Positions 1 to 10,663 of a stretch of 64,000 nt of DNA are shown here, one piece after another (the first letter of the stretch is position 1; each line of letters begins with the position of its first letter). Location of the stretch: positions 1 to 64,000 of the forward strand of contig DXJO01000010.1 of assembly GCA_019057475.1 (NCBI GenBank), written 5' to 3'. The translations under genes and the position numbers were made by a program. Source of the DNA: Candidatus Thorarchaeota archaeon (lineage in GTDB: Archaea; Asgardarchaeota; Thorarchaeia; Thorarchaeales; Thorarchaeaceae). The notes below the pieces were generated by a model. It made no database searches. It was not told the origin of the DNA and saw only the letters and a program-made list of their open reading frames with translations.

Positions 1-146
1 CATGTGTTGTTGACCACGAGGTTATCGTGCGAATGTTCCACACTGATGCCATGGTTGTTGCTGATACATGTGTTGTTGACCACGAGGTTATCGTGCGAAT
101 GTTCCACACTGATGCCATGGTTGTTGCTGATACATGTGTTGTTGAC
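1..146. repeat. Exact 66-bp tandem repeat (2 full copies plus a partial third), encoding a 22-aa beta-helix coil
   Basis: 1-66 is identical to 67-132, and 133-146 repeats the start. Minus-strand unit: CISNNHGISVEHSHDNLVVNNT. Confidence 0.95.
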
Positions 147-2003
147 TACAATACTGTCGTGGGTAGTGAATACTTGTATGCCAATATCACTATCAGTGCA
201 GGTGTTATTGACAAAGATGATGTAACTCGAAGCGCCGCATAGAATAGCACGACTGATCATGTTAGTGCACGTATTGTTGGCCACGATAGCATAGCTTGTG
301 ATTAGGTAGATTCCATCCATGCTTCCACTGACAAAGTTGTTAGTAACATTATGGTTACTCCCGGTATACCGAATGAGGATGCCCCATTGTGTATTGCTAG
401 TAACTGTGTTGCCATCAACTACGTTGTCAACGCTTGCACCATCATATATGACGATGCCCCATCTGTTGCTGTGGCATGTATTATTGGCGATTGTGCCGGA
501 GTCGAACACGGGAGCGTAGATGCCATGCCTAGCGTTATAGCTGCAGTTATTGTGTGATATCACCATCGAGCTCGAGTCTTCACATATGATGCCCTCATTG
601 TTTGAAGTACATGTATTACTGTCAATGATGCTAGACCCAACGGTGTCCAGATGAATGCCATCTGCGAGATTGTTGCTGCAGTCATTTCTTGTGACGGTAT
701 GACCATCTGAATTATAGAGATATATTCCGTAGTCGTTGTTGTTGCAGATGTTGTTGGTGACAGAATGAGTATTTGAAGTCCCAATATATATGCCATAGTT
801 AGCATTATTGTTGCATGTGTTCTCAGTCACCGTTGTGCGACTGTCCCAATTTATGTAGATTCCATAGTTATTGTTGCTGCAGTCATTGTTGATTACGCTT
901 CCAGCCCATGATTCGAAGTTAATGTATATACCTCGATCGTTGTAGTTGCAAATGTTATCCCTCAGAGTGTTACTCTTGGACACAAAGAGATGCATGCCAT
1001 ATCGATCATTGCTGACACAGGTGTTGTTTGTGATAGTGTTATGATCTGCTACATATAGGTAGATTCCATCATATGTGTTGTCTACACACGTGTTGTTATG
1101 AACCGTGTTGTAGTCAGAATGGTCAAGATCGATGCCGCCGCCTGCATTTTCCTCACAAGTATTATTCGCAACAGTACATGAATCAGCATACTCCATAACA
1201 ATGCCGTAATTATTGAAGCTGCAAGTGTTGTTGTAAAGCCTGCTACCGTGAACCATGTAGACAATATAGATGCCATACCCGTTGCCTGTAAAAGTGCCAT
1301 CATACACCTTGGTTGATGCGGAGTCGTAGACATACAGACCATAAGAACTTCCAGTGCAGGTGTTGTTTGTCAATGTGTTGGAGTTTGAGGTGTAGATGCT
1401 AATACCGCGGTCGTTATCAGCACAGGTATTATGTGCGATATCGTTGGTCGTACTGGAGGAGAGGAGATTGATGCCTCGAACATTGCTCTTGCAGATATTA
1501 CGGTGGATGATATTGAGATCTGACTCCAGCAGGTATATTCCGTAGTAGTTGTCACTGCAGTTATTGTAAGTGATATTCCCAAAAATGACATACTCGAGGA
1601 AGATCCCTGCATAGTCTGTGTTGTTAGCACCCAACAGAGTGCATGACCTTATTGTGAAGTAGACGTTGGTATTGTGAATCTCAATGCAGTGACCAGCTGT
1701 GCCCGCGCGGTCAATGATGTAGTTCTCTATAATATATGGGTCATTTGAAGAACCACTACCAAACCAGCCCTCTGCCAAAGCTGTGTCACTGAAGTTCCCA
1801 TTCCCATTAATGTAAATCGGGTCGTGGGGGGTATCACTGGGAATATGAGCTCCAGTAGGTGTGATTGCATCCATTTTAACAATGGTATTCTCAGTCGAAG
1901 ACTGGTATACACTCATGTTTGTCAAAGACCCAGCAATTAGAAAGCCTATGACTACAACCAGTGCAGCTACAACAATTGTACCGATTCTCTTGTGACGCTC
2001 CAC
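1..2003 (-). CDS. Parallel beta-helix (NosD/PbH1) repeat surface protein, 3' end runs off the window
   Basis: Not in the ORF track because it has no stop in the window. Translated by hand from GTG at 2003: VERHKRIGTIVVAALVVVIGFLIAG (signal/TM), then GSGSSNDPYIIENYIID..GHCIEIHNTNVYF, then many NNTCxxNxxGI coils. The N-terminal motif is shared with the two neighbouring paralogs. Confidence 0.85.
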   Translation of the reverse strand, partial: MERHKRIGTIVVAALVVVIGFLIAGSLTNMSVYQSSTENTIVKMDAITPTGAHIPSDTPHDPIYINGNGNFSDTALAEGWFGSGSSNDPYIIENYIIDRAGTAGHCIEIHNTNVYFTIRSCTLLGANNTDYAGIFLEYVIFGNITYNNCSDNYYGIYLLESDLNIIHRNICKSNVRGINLLSSSTTNDIAHNTCADNDRGISIYTSNSNTLTNNTCTGSSYGLYVYDSASTKVYDGTFTGNGYGIYIVYMVHGSRLYNNTCSFNNYGIVMEYADSCTVANNTCEENAGGGIDLDHSDYNTVHNNTCVDNTYDGIYLYVADHNTITNNTCVSNDRYGMHLFVSKSNTLRDNICNYNDRGIYINFESWAGSVINNDCSNNNYGIYINWDSRTTVTENTCNNNANYGIYIGTSNTHSVTNNICNNNDYGIYLYNSDGHTVTRNDCSNNLADGIHLDTVGSSIIDSNTCTSNNEGIICEDSSSMVISHNNCSYNARHGIYAPVFDSGTIANNTCHSNRWGIVIYDGASVDNVVDGNTVTSNTQWGILIRYTGSNHNVTNNFVSGSMDGIYLITSYAIVANNTCTNMISRAILCGASSYIIFVNNTCTDSDIGIQVFTTHDSIVVNNTCISNNHGISVEHSHDNLVVNNTCISNNHGISVEHSHDNLVVNNT

Positions 2004-2046
2004 AATTGTAATTGACGACTTCTTCTCTGAATCGAATTCATTGCGA

Positions 2047-4527
2047 TTAGGCATTACTCTTACCCTCCCTTAATGATGAAATCATTTTGCGACCGCGTGG
2101 ATGCACAGCAAGAAATAGTATAATGACTGCACCCGCGACTCCTGTTCCGGCAAGAACAATTACCATAGCTGTGTTATCACCAGCAGTCACAGTGATAATA
2201 AGAAAAGCACTGGCATTGTTTCCATAGGGATCTTGAGCAATTACCTCCAGTACATACTTACCAGGTGCAAGTTGACCAATGTTGGATAGTTCTCCTGTGG
2301 AAGAGATATCGAAACGAACTGTGTCATTGACAATCCATTGAGCAATCCCCGAACGGTCTGTAGCTTGAAGTTCCTGAGAGATAGGTTCCCATTGTCGTAC
2401 CTCCATGTCCAGTGGTGAAGCAATCCAAACAGGTGGTGTAGTATCCTCCACAGTAACCTTCATAGTATAACTGAGAACATTTCCTTCAGTGTCACTTACA
2501 CTAATCTCCACGTAGTATTCGTCAACTTGAAGTGTGCCAACACTATTGAGGAAACCACTATCACTAATAGCAAAATGAGTAGTATCGTCTACCCACCAAT
2601 CATCAAGATCAGTAGGATCATCAGCATACAACTGATACCCAAGCTGTGCGCCGAACTCTATTGTTTGGTCATACGGACTCTCGGTCCAGGTTGGGGCACG
2701 AGTATCTTCAACAGTTATTGTACAGGCTGCACTCTGTGTATTTCCGGCTAAGTCATGAACTGTTATCTCCAATCCATAGATGCCGAGTTGAATGATTCCA
2801 ATGCTGAACACTCGGCCTATGCTAGTTATGGCAAAGTTTGTCGTATCATTGAGTGTCCAATGGCTGATTCCAGTATTGTCTATTGCAGAAAGCTGCATAT
2901 CGAGCGTTTCGCCGCACTCGAGAGTAGAATCAACCGGACCTTGAACTATTTCAGGAAGAATGCTATCAATAACCTCAATCGTGATAGTAGCAGTTCGAAC
3001 ATTGTCATATGTGTCATTTACTGAAACTTCCAAAATAAAATCATGACCGAATGGAAGTATAGTTGAGTTTGAAATCACACCGTTACTGTCAACCTGAAAA
3101 TTCAGTACGTCGTCCAACCACCATTTGTCGGTATTGGATATGTCCGAGGCATTGAGATCGTACCTAAACTGATATCCAAACTCCACGGTGCAATCCATTG
3201 GAGTTTCAATCCACACCGGACCAGTAGTGTCTGCAACATATACTGTAAAGACTGCAAACGCTGTATTGCCAACCGTATCGTTAACAGTTAGGTTAAGACC
3301 ATAAACACCCACGGGCACAAATGTCGTGTTTGTAATAATACCCGCACTATCGACTGCGAACTGCGCATCATTCAGAGTCCATGTGTCTATTCCTGAGGGG
3401 TCTGTCGCATCAATATCATATGAGAATTGAGTCCCCAACTCCCAGTACTGATCAACTGGTGCAATGCTCCATTCGGGCGGCTGATTATCCATAATTGTTA
3501 CATCAAAGGTTGCGGATATGCTGTTACTATACATATCATGAACTGTTACATGAAGGCCATAGACCCCAATCTCCACTGTTATCGTATTAATAATCAAACC
3601 CAAGGCATCAATCTGGAAATTCACGGTATCATTCAGAGTCCAATAGTCTATGCCGCCATATGCAACAACGTGCAACTGGTATTCGAATGCTTCACCATAT
3701 GGACAAGTTTGATCATAAGGTTGAGTTTCCCAGGAAATCGGAGGACGTCCAGGCGGAAATATCAACGGATAGTAGTCTTTGCTGCTCGCGGTTCCACTGA
3801 TGGAATAGGGTGTGTCGCCAATTCCAATCGGACCAACGACATCAACACCATCATAGTCAGACCAATAGTTGAGATGGAAGCTATCTCCTGTGCCTGGTGC
3901 ACTGTTCCAAGCATTGTCACCATTGTCCTCAAAGATATTCATTGAAACTGTTGTGTTTGCACTACTATCATCAAGATGCAAGCCCCACAAGTCATTGTCT
4001 GACAATGTGTTTTGGTAGATGGTTGTGTTATGGGTATTAAAACTGAGATCAACGCCAATTCCATTGTCATTACACCGGTTCTCTGTGAGTTCAATAAAGC
4101 TGGAACCACCAATCTGGATTCCTGCCTGATAGTTGTTGGAGCACGTGTTGTTAATCAACTGTCCATTGGTCACATTCCAGAGATGAATGCCAGAACCAGC
4201 GGCCGAACCAGTTATAGTGCAATTATGAATTTCGAAGTATGATGCTGTGTTACGAATGTCAATACAATGCCCATATGTTCCGCCATGGTCGATTACCGAA
4301 TTATTGAGAACATAGGGGTCGCCTAGGGTTCCAGCACCAAGAAAATCTGCAGCTAGCCAGAGAGCCGAATCATCTGTTTCAATGACAAATGGATCTGCAG
4401 AGAGCTGAAAGCGCCTTATTGGATCTTCCATGAACTCATTACTCTGGCTCGACGTCCAATTTGTATTGTATAAGCCATCGATGTAAAGGTAGAATAAAGA
4501 AATTGATAGTAAGAAACTTAGAAGCAA
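2047..4527 (-). CDS. Surface protein: beta-helix domain, about 6 cadherin/Ig-like repeats, C-terminal TM anchor
   Basis: Signal peptide; GAGTLGDPY..GHCIDIRNT; NNTCSNN coils; NYWSDYDGVD..GIGDTPY; repeated PxW..P.D..F.Y...D..GIDxW.LND..F.IDS.G.I units; hydrophobic C-terminus followed by a basic tail. Confidence 0.85.
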   Translation of the reverse strand: MLLSFLLSISLFYLYIDGLYNTNWTSSQSNEFMEDPIRRFQLSADPFVIETDDSALWLAADFLGAGTLGDPYVLNNSVIDHGGTYGHCIDIRNTASYFEIHNCTITGSAAGSGIHLWNVTNGQLINNTCSNNYQAGIQIGGSSFIELTENRCNDNGIGVDLSFNTHNTTIYQNTLSDNDLWGLHLDDSSANTTVSMNIFEDNGDNAWNSAPGTGDSFHLNYWSDYDGVDVVGPIGIGDTPYSISGTASSKDYYPLIFPPGRPPISWETQPYDQTCPYGEAFEYQLHVVAYGGIDYWTLNDTVNFQIDALGLIINTITVEIGVYGLHVTVHDMYSNSISATFDVTIMDNQPPEWSIAPVDQYWELGTQFSYDIDATDPSGIDTWTLNDAQFAVDSAGIITNTTFVPVGVYGLNLTVNDTVGNTAFAVFTVYVADTTGPVWIETPMDCTVEFGYQFRYDLNASDISNTDKWWLDDVLNFQVDSNGVISNSTILPFGHDFILEVSVNDTYDNVRTATITIEVIDSILPEIVQGPVDSTLECGETLDMQLSAIDNTGISHWTLNDTTNFAITSIGRVFSIGIIQLGIYGLEITVHDLAGNTQSAACTITVEDTRAPTWTESPYDQTIEFGAQLGYQLYADDPTDLDDWWVDDTTHFAISDSGFLNSVGTLQVDEYYVEISVSDTEGNVLSYTMKVTVEDTTPPVWIASPLDMEVRQWEPISQELQATDRSGIAQWIVNDTVRFDISSTGELSNIGQLAPGKYVLEVIAQDPYGNNASAFLIITVTAGDNTAMVIVLAGTGVAGAVIILFLAVHPRGRKMISSLREGKSNA

Positions 4528-5411
4528 GGTACCTGCGAGAAATGCATTACTTCTTCGATTGGGCTTCGATGTTGCATCCCTAGTTGGCTTAACACCACAC
4601 CTGCTGGAATATTGTCGTATTCCTTTTCCCTCCTAGCTAGGTCCTCCATCCTCTGCAATAGTGGTGTTTCCTCCCTCCAATTTAATGAAGTTAATGAGAG
4701 TCTATGTCTTTGGTTCATAAGGAATTCCTATGGAACTGGACCTTGAGTACTCTATTGTAAAATATTGTGCTAGCTGGCTTATTAATCTACGGAGATGCTT
4801 GCAAGGAGGAGATTTCGCTGTAAAGGGTCTTATGCGATCCAAGGCTCTGTGGAATAATCCCGTTAGTTCACTATCAGCACGATCAGAATCGACATTCGTT
4901 TTATCATGGAGTGTCTGAACCCTGCCATTACTGAGTGTGAATTCAGATGTTTTTCCTCCCGCCATTCGATTTATTCCACAGGGCCGCGATCCAACATTGA
5001 TAGCAGCAATTGCTTCCTCATTGTACGCTGGAGCCAACGAAATAAAAGACCCATTCTGGAGGAGCTCATCGAAACGGCTACCGCATATCTCTCTTAGTCG
5101 TTCTTACTGAACGGGCATTAATGCAGAATATACATCCGAGAACCTTGCGGCTCCAAGAACACCTCTTCGACCTAATCTTTTAAGGTGTTGCTCGAAGATA
5201 TCTTAAACACTCTTCGAGATTGCTTCAGGCTCCATGTTTGGCGAAGAAGCATATAACTCCGATAAATGTTAAGGATAATCCTCAAGAATCCATCCAGCGA
5301 GATATATCTGCGGGACTTTGTATAATCGTGTATTGTTTAATCGCACGGTCGGAATATTCAATACATTATGCATCCTCTTAATGCATATCGCACGTAAGGA
5401 GGCGATAATTC

Positions 5412-7781
5412 ATGCTCCACGTGAGGAGAGGAACAAGTAGTCTTCTCTTGTTCATGACACTACTATTTCTATTGTTCAGTACTCAAACTTTCATCAGTTT
5501 CAATTCAATGGGACCGCAGTCCATGAGAGATGTAGACACTCTTGCTGGCCATATAGTCCACAGTGTGATTGTCATCAACGGAGATGATGATTTTAGCAGT
5601 CAGGCTGGCTCAGAGATGTGGCCGGGTTCCGGTACACTTGGAGACCCCTATCGTATAGAGAACTATCTCATTGATGGAACAGCAAGTAATCACTGCATCT
5701 CAATCAGCAACACACAGGTATACTTTGAGATTCTCAACTGTACTCTCAGAAGTCTCTCTGGTTCTATCATGGCAGGAATCTATTTGGCCTATGTTGGGAA
5801 TGCGCATATCATAGACAATGTCGCATTTGATGGCAGCAGTGGACTTTCCCTCTATTACTCTGATAATAACACCGTGGACGGTAACAGCTTCTACAACAGT
5901 GACTACGGGATGTATCTGACTCATGCCGAGAACAATACAATCTACAATAATGATTGCTATTCCAATGAAGAATCTGGCATTGCCCTTTCAAGAGGAAGCA
6001 ACAATCGCATCATGGAGAACAACTGCACATGGAATAGAGGCTCCGATATCAGTGGATGGAGGTCTCTCAATAACAATATTACAGGAAATATCATTGGCAT
6101 GGGAGATTGGAAAGCAGGCATCGCATTGGATGAATGTGACGGTTGCAGAATAACAGATAATTCCGTCTACTGCTGTATTAACGGAATCTGGGTATACTGG
6201 AGCGATTATTGTGTCGTAAGAAATAACACTGTTTCAGGCTGCAACTCTGGAATTATCATAATAGCCTATGCATCCTCGTGTGAGACCAGCCATAACACTT
6301 GCTACAACAACACCTACGCCATAGGACTGCATGGCGTCTACTACAACGAGATCTTTGACAATAACTGCACCGACAACCATCATGGTATCACAGCGACTAA
6401 TGAAGCGAGATTCAATAGTATACATGATAATCACTGTGAGAACAATAGCGTGGGAATTAGCTTTTCCTGGAACAGCTATTGGAATAACGCAACTGAGAAT
6501 ACGTGCATAGAAAACGGCATTGGAATACAGGTGAAGGATGAAACCCACGATAACAGCGTCAAGATGAACCTCTGCTTGAATAACACATACGGAATCAGTC
6601 TAAATGGAACAGCTTCTAACAACAGCATAGAAGCTAACTTTGTTAAATTCAATGAATATGGTATTTCAATCATTCAGGATTGCAAGGACAATATTGTTTC
6701 ATGGAACAATTGCACCCTCAATACTTGGGGCGTTTTTGTTAGTGGCGTTTCAGACGACAGTGTGATAACAGACAATCACCTTAGAAGTAACGAGTTCGGA
6801 GTCCTTCTCAACTACTCTGCATTCGTGCGAGTTGAGGTCAACTACATCATCGATAACACAGTCTTTGGGATTCTTGTTTCGGAATACACAAACACTAGTG
6901 TGGTGCGACGGAACACGCTTGTCGATAATGGTGTAAACATTCATGACAATGGATCGTTTACTCTTGTAGATTTCAACTTCTGGTCGGACTATTTGGGAGT
7001 TGATGCCGATTCTGACGGATTTGGTGATACGCCTCATCCCATTCCAGGAGAGGCAGGAAATGAGGACCCACATCCAGTGGTCTATCATCCATCAAGGCCT
7101 ACATGGATAGAGCCATTGTCGAATCGATTACTCGAGGCCGGCTATGCATTCCAATATGACATCAATGCTACAGCTCCGGCTCCCTTTGCAGGATGGGGTA
7201 TCGATGACACAATCAACTTTGCAATAGATAGTGACGGGGTTGTCACTAATGCACAGTTTCTCAGAGTAGGAGATCACGAAGTGACTGTATGGGTGGAGAA
7301 TATCTACGGAGTGAATCTTACCGGAGTCTTTATGGTCCTTGTCAGGGATACTATCCCTCCGACAGTGAACAGTCCGGCTGATTTCTCGTTTCCATATGAA
7401 CCCTCAGACACCTCGGTTTGTCTAATCGAATGGACCCCAGTCGACATGACACAACTTGAGTATGACATCTACAGTGATGGCTATCATGATGATTGGGGAA
7501 CTTGGAACACAAGTGATGACCCCATCACAATCAATACCTGCTATATGGCTGAAGGAGTGCATAATATTACACTTGTCTTGACAGATGAAGGAGGGAATAC
7601 TGTGCGAGACACTGTGATGGTCACGATAACCGAGCACATTTCACCAACACCCACTGATACAACTCCTACTACTACTACGACTACTGAAGACACAGGCGCA
7701 ATCATGCAGATTGTCATGATCTATGCGGGAGTAGGTATTGCGATTGTCGTCATAGTAATCATTGTGAAACGGAAACGCTAG
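5412..7781 (+). CDS. Parallel beta-helix (NosD-like) surface protein with Ig-like domains, Thr-rich linker and C-terminal TM anchor
   Basis: Signal peptide, GSGTLGDPYRIENYLID, many N-rich coils, NFWSDYLGVDADSDGFGDTP, PTPTDTTPTTTTTT, TM followed by KRKR. Confidence 0.88.
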   Translation: MLHVRRGTSSLLLFMTLLFLLFSTQTFISFNSMGPQSMRDVDTLAGHIVHSVIVINGDDDFSSQAGSEMWPGSGTLGDPYRIENYLIDGTASNHCISISNTQVYFEILNCTLRSLSGSIMAGIYLAYVGNAHIIDNVAFDGSSGLSLYYSDNNTVDGNSFYNSDYGMYLTHAENNTIYNNDCYSNEESGIALSRGSNNRIMENNCTWNRGSDISGWRSLNNNITGNIIGMGDWKAGIALDECDGCRITDNSVYCCINGIWVYWSDYCVVRNNTVSGCNSGIIIIAYASSCETSHNTCYNNTYAIGLHGVYYNEIFDNNCTDNHHGITATNEARFNSIHDNHCENNSVGISFSWNSYWNNATENTCIENGIGIQVKDETHDNSVKMNLCLNNTYGISLNGTASNNSIEANFVKFNEYGISIIQDCKDNIVSWNNCTLNTWGVFVSGVSDDSVITDNHLRSNEFGVLLNYSAFVRVEVNYIIDNTVFGILVSEYTNTSVVRRNTLVDNGVNIHDNGSFTLVDFNFWSDYLGVDADSDGFGDTPHPIPGEAGNEDPHPVVYHPSRPTWIEPLSNRLLEAGYAFQYDINATAPAPFAGWGIDDTINFAIDSDGVVTNAQFLRVGDHEVTVWVENIYGVNLTGVFMVLVRDTIPPTVNSPADFSFPYEPSDTSVCLIEWTPVDMTQLEYDIYSDGYHDDWGTWNTSDDPITINTCYMAEGVHNITLVLTDEGGNTVRDTVMVTITEHISPTPTDTTPTTTTTTEDTGAIMQIVMIYAGVGIAIVVIVIIVKRKR

Positions 7782-7795
7782 TTTTTTGTGAGCAT

Positions 7796-7821
7796 GCCCC
7801 CGAAAGGGGGCTCTTTTTTTT
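7796..7821 (+). terminator. Hairpin plus poly-T terminator
   Basis: GCCCCC-GAAA-GGGGGC followed by a T run, just after the stop at 7781. Confidence 0.6.
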
Positions 7822-8084
7822 CTATCAGGCGAAATCGTAGTATTCCAAAGGGCTTTTCCATGCTTCTATGACCGTTTAGTCCATCACCTACGAACGGTCT
7901 TTCAATCGATGGTAGATTATCTGAGCCATAACTAGGATTACTGCTCCAGAAGCTGCAGCTATAATTCCAACCATCGTCATCGGTTCAATTTCTTGACATC
8001 TAAGTCCTCTGCCATTTTGATTCTACCCAAGTACATTCTCCCCTTTCACGATCGGGTCTTGTACTGGATCTGACGCAATAAGAT

Positions 8085-8439
8085 GGCCCTGGTGCAAAGA
8101 GTAGCCCCGATTTTGTTCCGCCTCTATCAGTCACCCAAAGGAGGCCTTGCGACATCGAACTATGCTTCCTACCCTACGCCTCCGGTCGACACTTCGACGA
8201 CGTATTCTTGGAATTGCTACCCGGTGATGGGTCGTTTCAACGGTGCCAAGCAGATCCTCAGCGGATTGATTTCGGCTCCGCATCATCGTCACATCCTGCT
8301 TGGACGTGTCGTTTCTGTTCCCAGAGCGAGGTTCTCACCTCCCTGCTTGTGCAGGACCGGCGTCGACATGTAGTCGGGAGCTTCCTCAGCTCTCACCCCG
8401 AAGGATGAGTACCGTCAGTCGCGCTTTCGCTCCAGGGCC
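8085..8439 (-). ncRNA. rnpB: RNase P RNA
   Basis: Minus strand shows P1 GGCCCTGG...CCAGGGCC, CR-I-like GAGGAAGCTCC, AACAGAAACG, GTTGAAACG and CR-V-like AACAAAATCGGGGCTACT. Length about 355 nt, directly downstream of cbf5. Confidence 0.9.
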
Positions 8440-8502
8440 GCTTATATGTTCAACTTTTGCGCATAAAGAGGTTCGCTCCCCAGCTTTTTCCCGTGAGAAT
8501 GA

Positions 8503-9519
8503 CTATGCAGTTCCTTGTGACGCCCTCTTCTTCCACATGGACGGATATCTGCCTCTCTCCATGAAGACGCGATCTATCACAGCCACTATTCCGCTGCGGG
8601 CTTTTGCTAGCCAATCACTCGTTCCAGAGCTCCTCGCAATGGCTATAGCCTCGCCTTTGAGGGTTTTTAGCAAGACGAGGTCTCCCTTCTTGATGCCGCT
8701 GGAAAAACTAACTACGCCACTTGCAGCTAGGTCCGCTCCGTGGCATATTGCATTCACCGCGCTGTCCCGCAAGACTAGAAACGGCAGATGGCTAAGTGCG
8801 AACTCAATCGGAAGGAGGTATTTCCTCAGCTCTGTTTCATCACCATCCTCTTTCCAGAAATGATAAGCATCCTTGAGGTCAAATAGGCTGCAGAGATGTT
8901 CGTCTTCTCTGAATGAGCCTACTCGTGTCCGTCTGAGTTCTCTCATATGGCCCCCCATGCTGAGTGCTTCGCCGATGTCAAAGCAGAGCTTTCTGATGTA
9001 GGTGCCTGCTTGACAGCCAACTCTGGACAAAATTAGACGACCCCTAATCTCGATAATTTCGTTGTAATAGACCTCTCTCACTCGGAGAACCCTCTTGACG
9101 GCGGACCTCAACGGCGGTCGTTGGTAGAGCTTTCCAGTGAACTCCTTGACCACACTGCGGATGGCGTCTTCTGAGGCTTCCTTGTGGAGTTCTAGAATGC
9201 AGATATACTCCTTTCCTGCAGGGAGCAGCGCCTGCATCACTTTCGTAGCATTGCCAATGCCCATAGGCAGAATTCCAGTAACTGCAGGGTCAAGTGTGCC
9301 TCCGTGGCCCACCTGGTCCGCATGCAGTATATTCCTCACCCAAGTTGCGATTTCATGACTCGTGGGTCCTGCTGGTTTGTCCAGATTGACTACACCGTTC
9401 TTCAGCAGATACTCCATCGGAAGTGTGTCGAGTGATTCGAATCCATAGTCTGGATTGGTAGTGGCACTCGCTTTTTGCAAAATTTCCCTGGGCTGATCCG
9501 CAGGAAGTCGTCCTGACAT
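8503..9519 (-). CDS. cbf5: H/ACA RNA-guided pseudouridine synthase Cbf5
   Basis: LDKPAGPTSHE, GHGGTLDP (catalytic Asp), GTYIRKLC, C-terminal PUA domain. Confidence 0.97.
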   Translation of the reverse strand: MSGRLPADQPREILQKASATTNPDYGFESLDTLPMEYLLKNGVVNLDKPAGPTSHEIATWVRNILHADQVGHGGTLDPAVTGILPMGIGNATKVMQALLPAGKEYICILELHKEASEDAIRSVVKEFTGKLYQRPPLRSAVKRVLRVREVYYNEIIEIRGRLILSRVGCQAGTYIRKLCFDIGEALSMGGHMRELRRTRVGSFREDEHLCSLFDLKDAYHFWKEDGDETELRKYLLPIEFALSHLPFLVLRDSAVNAICHGADLAASGVVSFSSGIKKGDLVLLKTLKGEAIAIARSSGTSDWLAKARSGIVAVIDRVFMERGRYPSMWKKRASQGTA

Positions 9520-9546
9520 TAACAGATCACTCTCTGCCTAGGTAAC

Positions 9547-9831
9547 CTAACTTGAGAGCCGAATCTTCTTACGGAATTTCTCTGTGAGTCCTGCGTCGGC
9601 AAGAGCTTTCTCAACTACTTCATCCTCAGCGCCTTTCTCAATCTGGATTGTAGTATCTATGGGCTCTAGATGACGGATGTTGCAGCTACGCCTACGCACT
9701 CCACTGATATTCTTGGGTCCAGTGATTAACACCTGGCTTCCCTCGAGCTGGTCTATTACTACGCAGTAACTTCCCGTTTCACGGCCCATTGTCTTTACAC
9801 ATATTCTGCCGGTTTCATATAGATTCGTCAT
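9547..9831 (-). CDS. rpl14e: 50S ribosomal protein eL14
   Basis: GRICVKTMGRETG..VLITGPK..SGVRRRSCNIRHLEP; position between cmk and cbf5. Confidence 0.95.
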   Translation of the reverse strand: MTNLYETGRICVKTMGRETGSYCVVIDQLEGSQVLITGPKNISGVRRRSCNIRHLEPIDTTIQIEKGAEDEVVEKALADAGLTEKFRKKIRLSS

Positions 9832-9955
9832 TGTCAGTACACCTCACCTTGTCTTGGGTCTGCCTCAAAGTCACCTCGGGGCTTCATCCCTGCGGACTGG
9901 GAGAACATGGTTTCCGACAAGCGATGGCAATATCAGCGTTGCGCTTTGAACGCAA

Positions 9956-10510
9956 TCACCCAGGTGTATCACCAGATTGCACCAAGAAGGTTTCAATGGC
10001 TGTTGTTAGAACCTTGATGACCCCCTGTAGGTTATACTTCTCCGTATTCAAGACCAAATCATAGATGGATTGGTCTGAGATGTCGACTCCGTAGAACTCC
10101 AAGTAACGTTCCTTTTCACTTGCTTCTCTGTTGAGAGTTTCAAGGCGCGCGTGTTCAAGACTTACTTCATCTCTCTCTGCTATTCGTTTCACTCTAGTTT
10201 CTATTGAAGCGGTTAGGAGTATTTTGAAGTCAGCGTAATCTCCCGCCATCCATCCCGCGAGTTGCCCGTCCAGCAATATGTTTCCCGTCATGGCCGCGGT
10301 CTTCAATGATGCGTCAAGCTCTCTGTCGATACTCTCATCATCCTCAGCAACTATGCTAAACTCTTCTAACGTGAGTCCTCTCTTCTTAGCGAGCTCTCGG
10401 AAGATCACACCTGCAGAAACCCGTCTGAGATCGAATCTTTTTGCTACAATATCTGCTACCGAGCTTTTCCCAGTGCCGTGTAGCCCGCCTATCGTGATGA
10501 CCGGTTTCAT
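9956..10510 (-). CDS. cmk: Cytidylate kinase (archaeal type)
   Basis: ITIGGLHGTGKS P-loop, SAGVIFRELA, YDLVLNT; operon position. Confidence 0.93.
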   Translation of the reverse strand: MKPVITIGGLHGTGKSSVADIVAKRFDLRRVSAGVIFRELAKKRGLTLEEFSIVAEDDESIDRELDASLKTAAMTGNILLDGQLAGWMAGDYADFKILLTASIETRVKRIAERDEVSLEHARLETLNREASEKERYLEFYGVDISDQSIYDLVLNTEKYNLQGVIKVLTTAIETFLVQSGDTPG

Positions 10511-10663
10511 AGTGTTCGCCCACAGAATATCTCAAGCTTGCATGGCCATGAATTAATCTCGCCTACGCTAGCTCGTGTTTAATAATCTACTCAATTAAGA
10601 ACACTGATTCATCGACGGACTACTTGATGAATGCCACTGGGGGCGAATAACAACACCAATGTT

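Noticed and set aside
4-1912. Short track ORFs in the first 2 kb
   Set aside because: They are alternate-frame or antisense shadows of the single long minus-strand beta-helix gene.
4518-5097. Short ORFs between the surface-protein genes
   Set aside because: No recognisable motifs or consistent coding signal; could be decayed sequence, but I cannot support a call.
8083-8863. Plus-strand ORFs 8083..8373, 8208..8408 and 8300..8863
   Set aside because: They are antisense shadows of the RNase P RNA gene and cbf5.
9832-9955. Possible C/D-box sRNA between cmk and L14e
   Set aside because: Only degenerate box-like words (ATGAAG, CCGA) and no convincing box arrangement.
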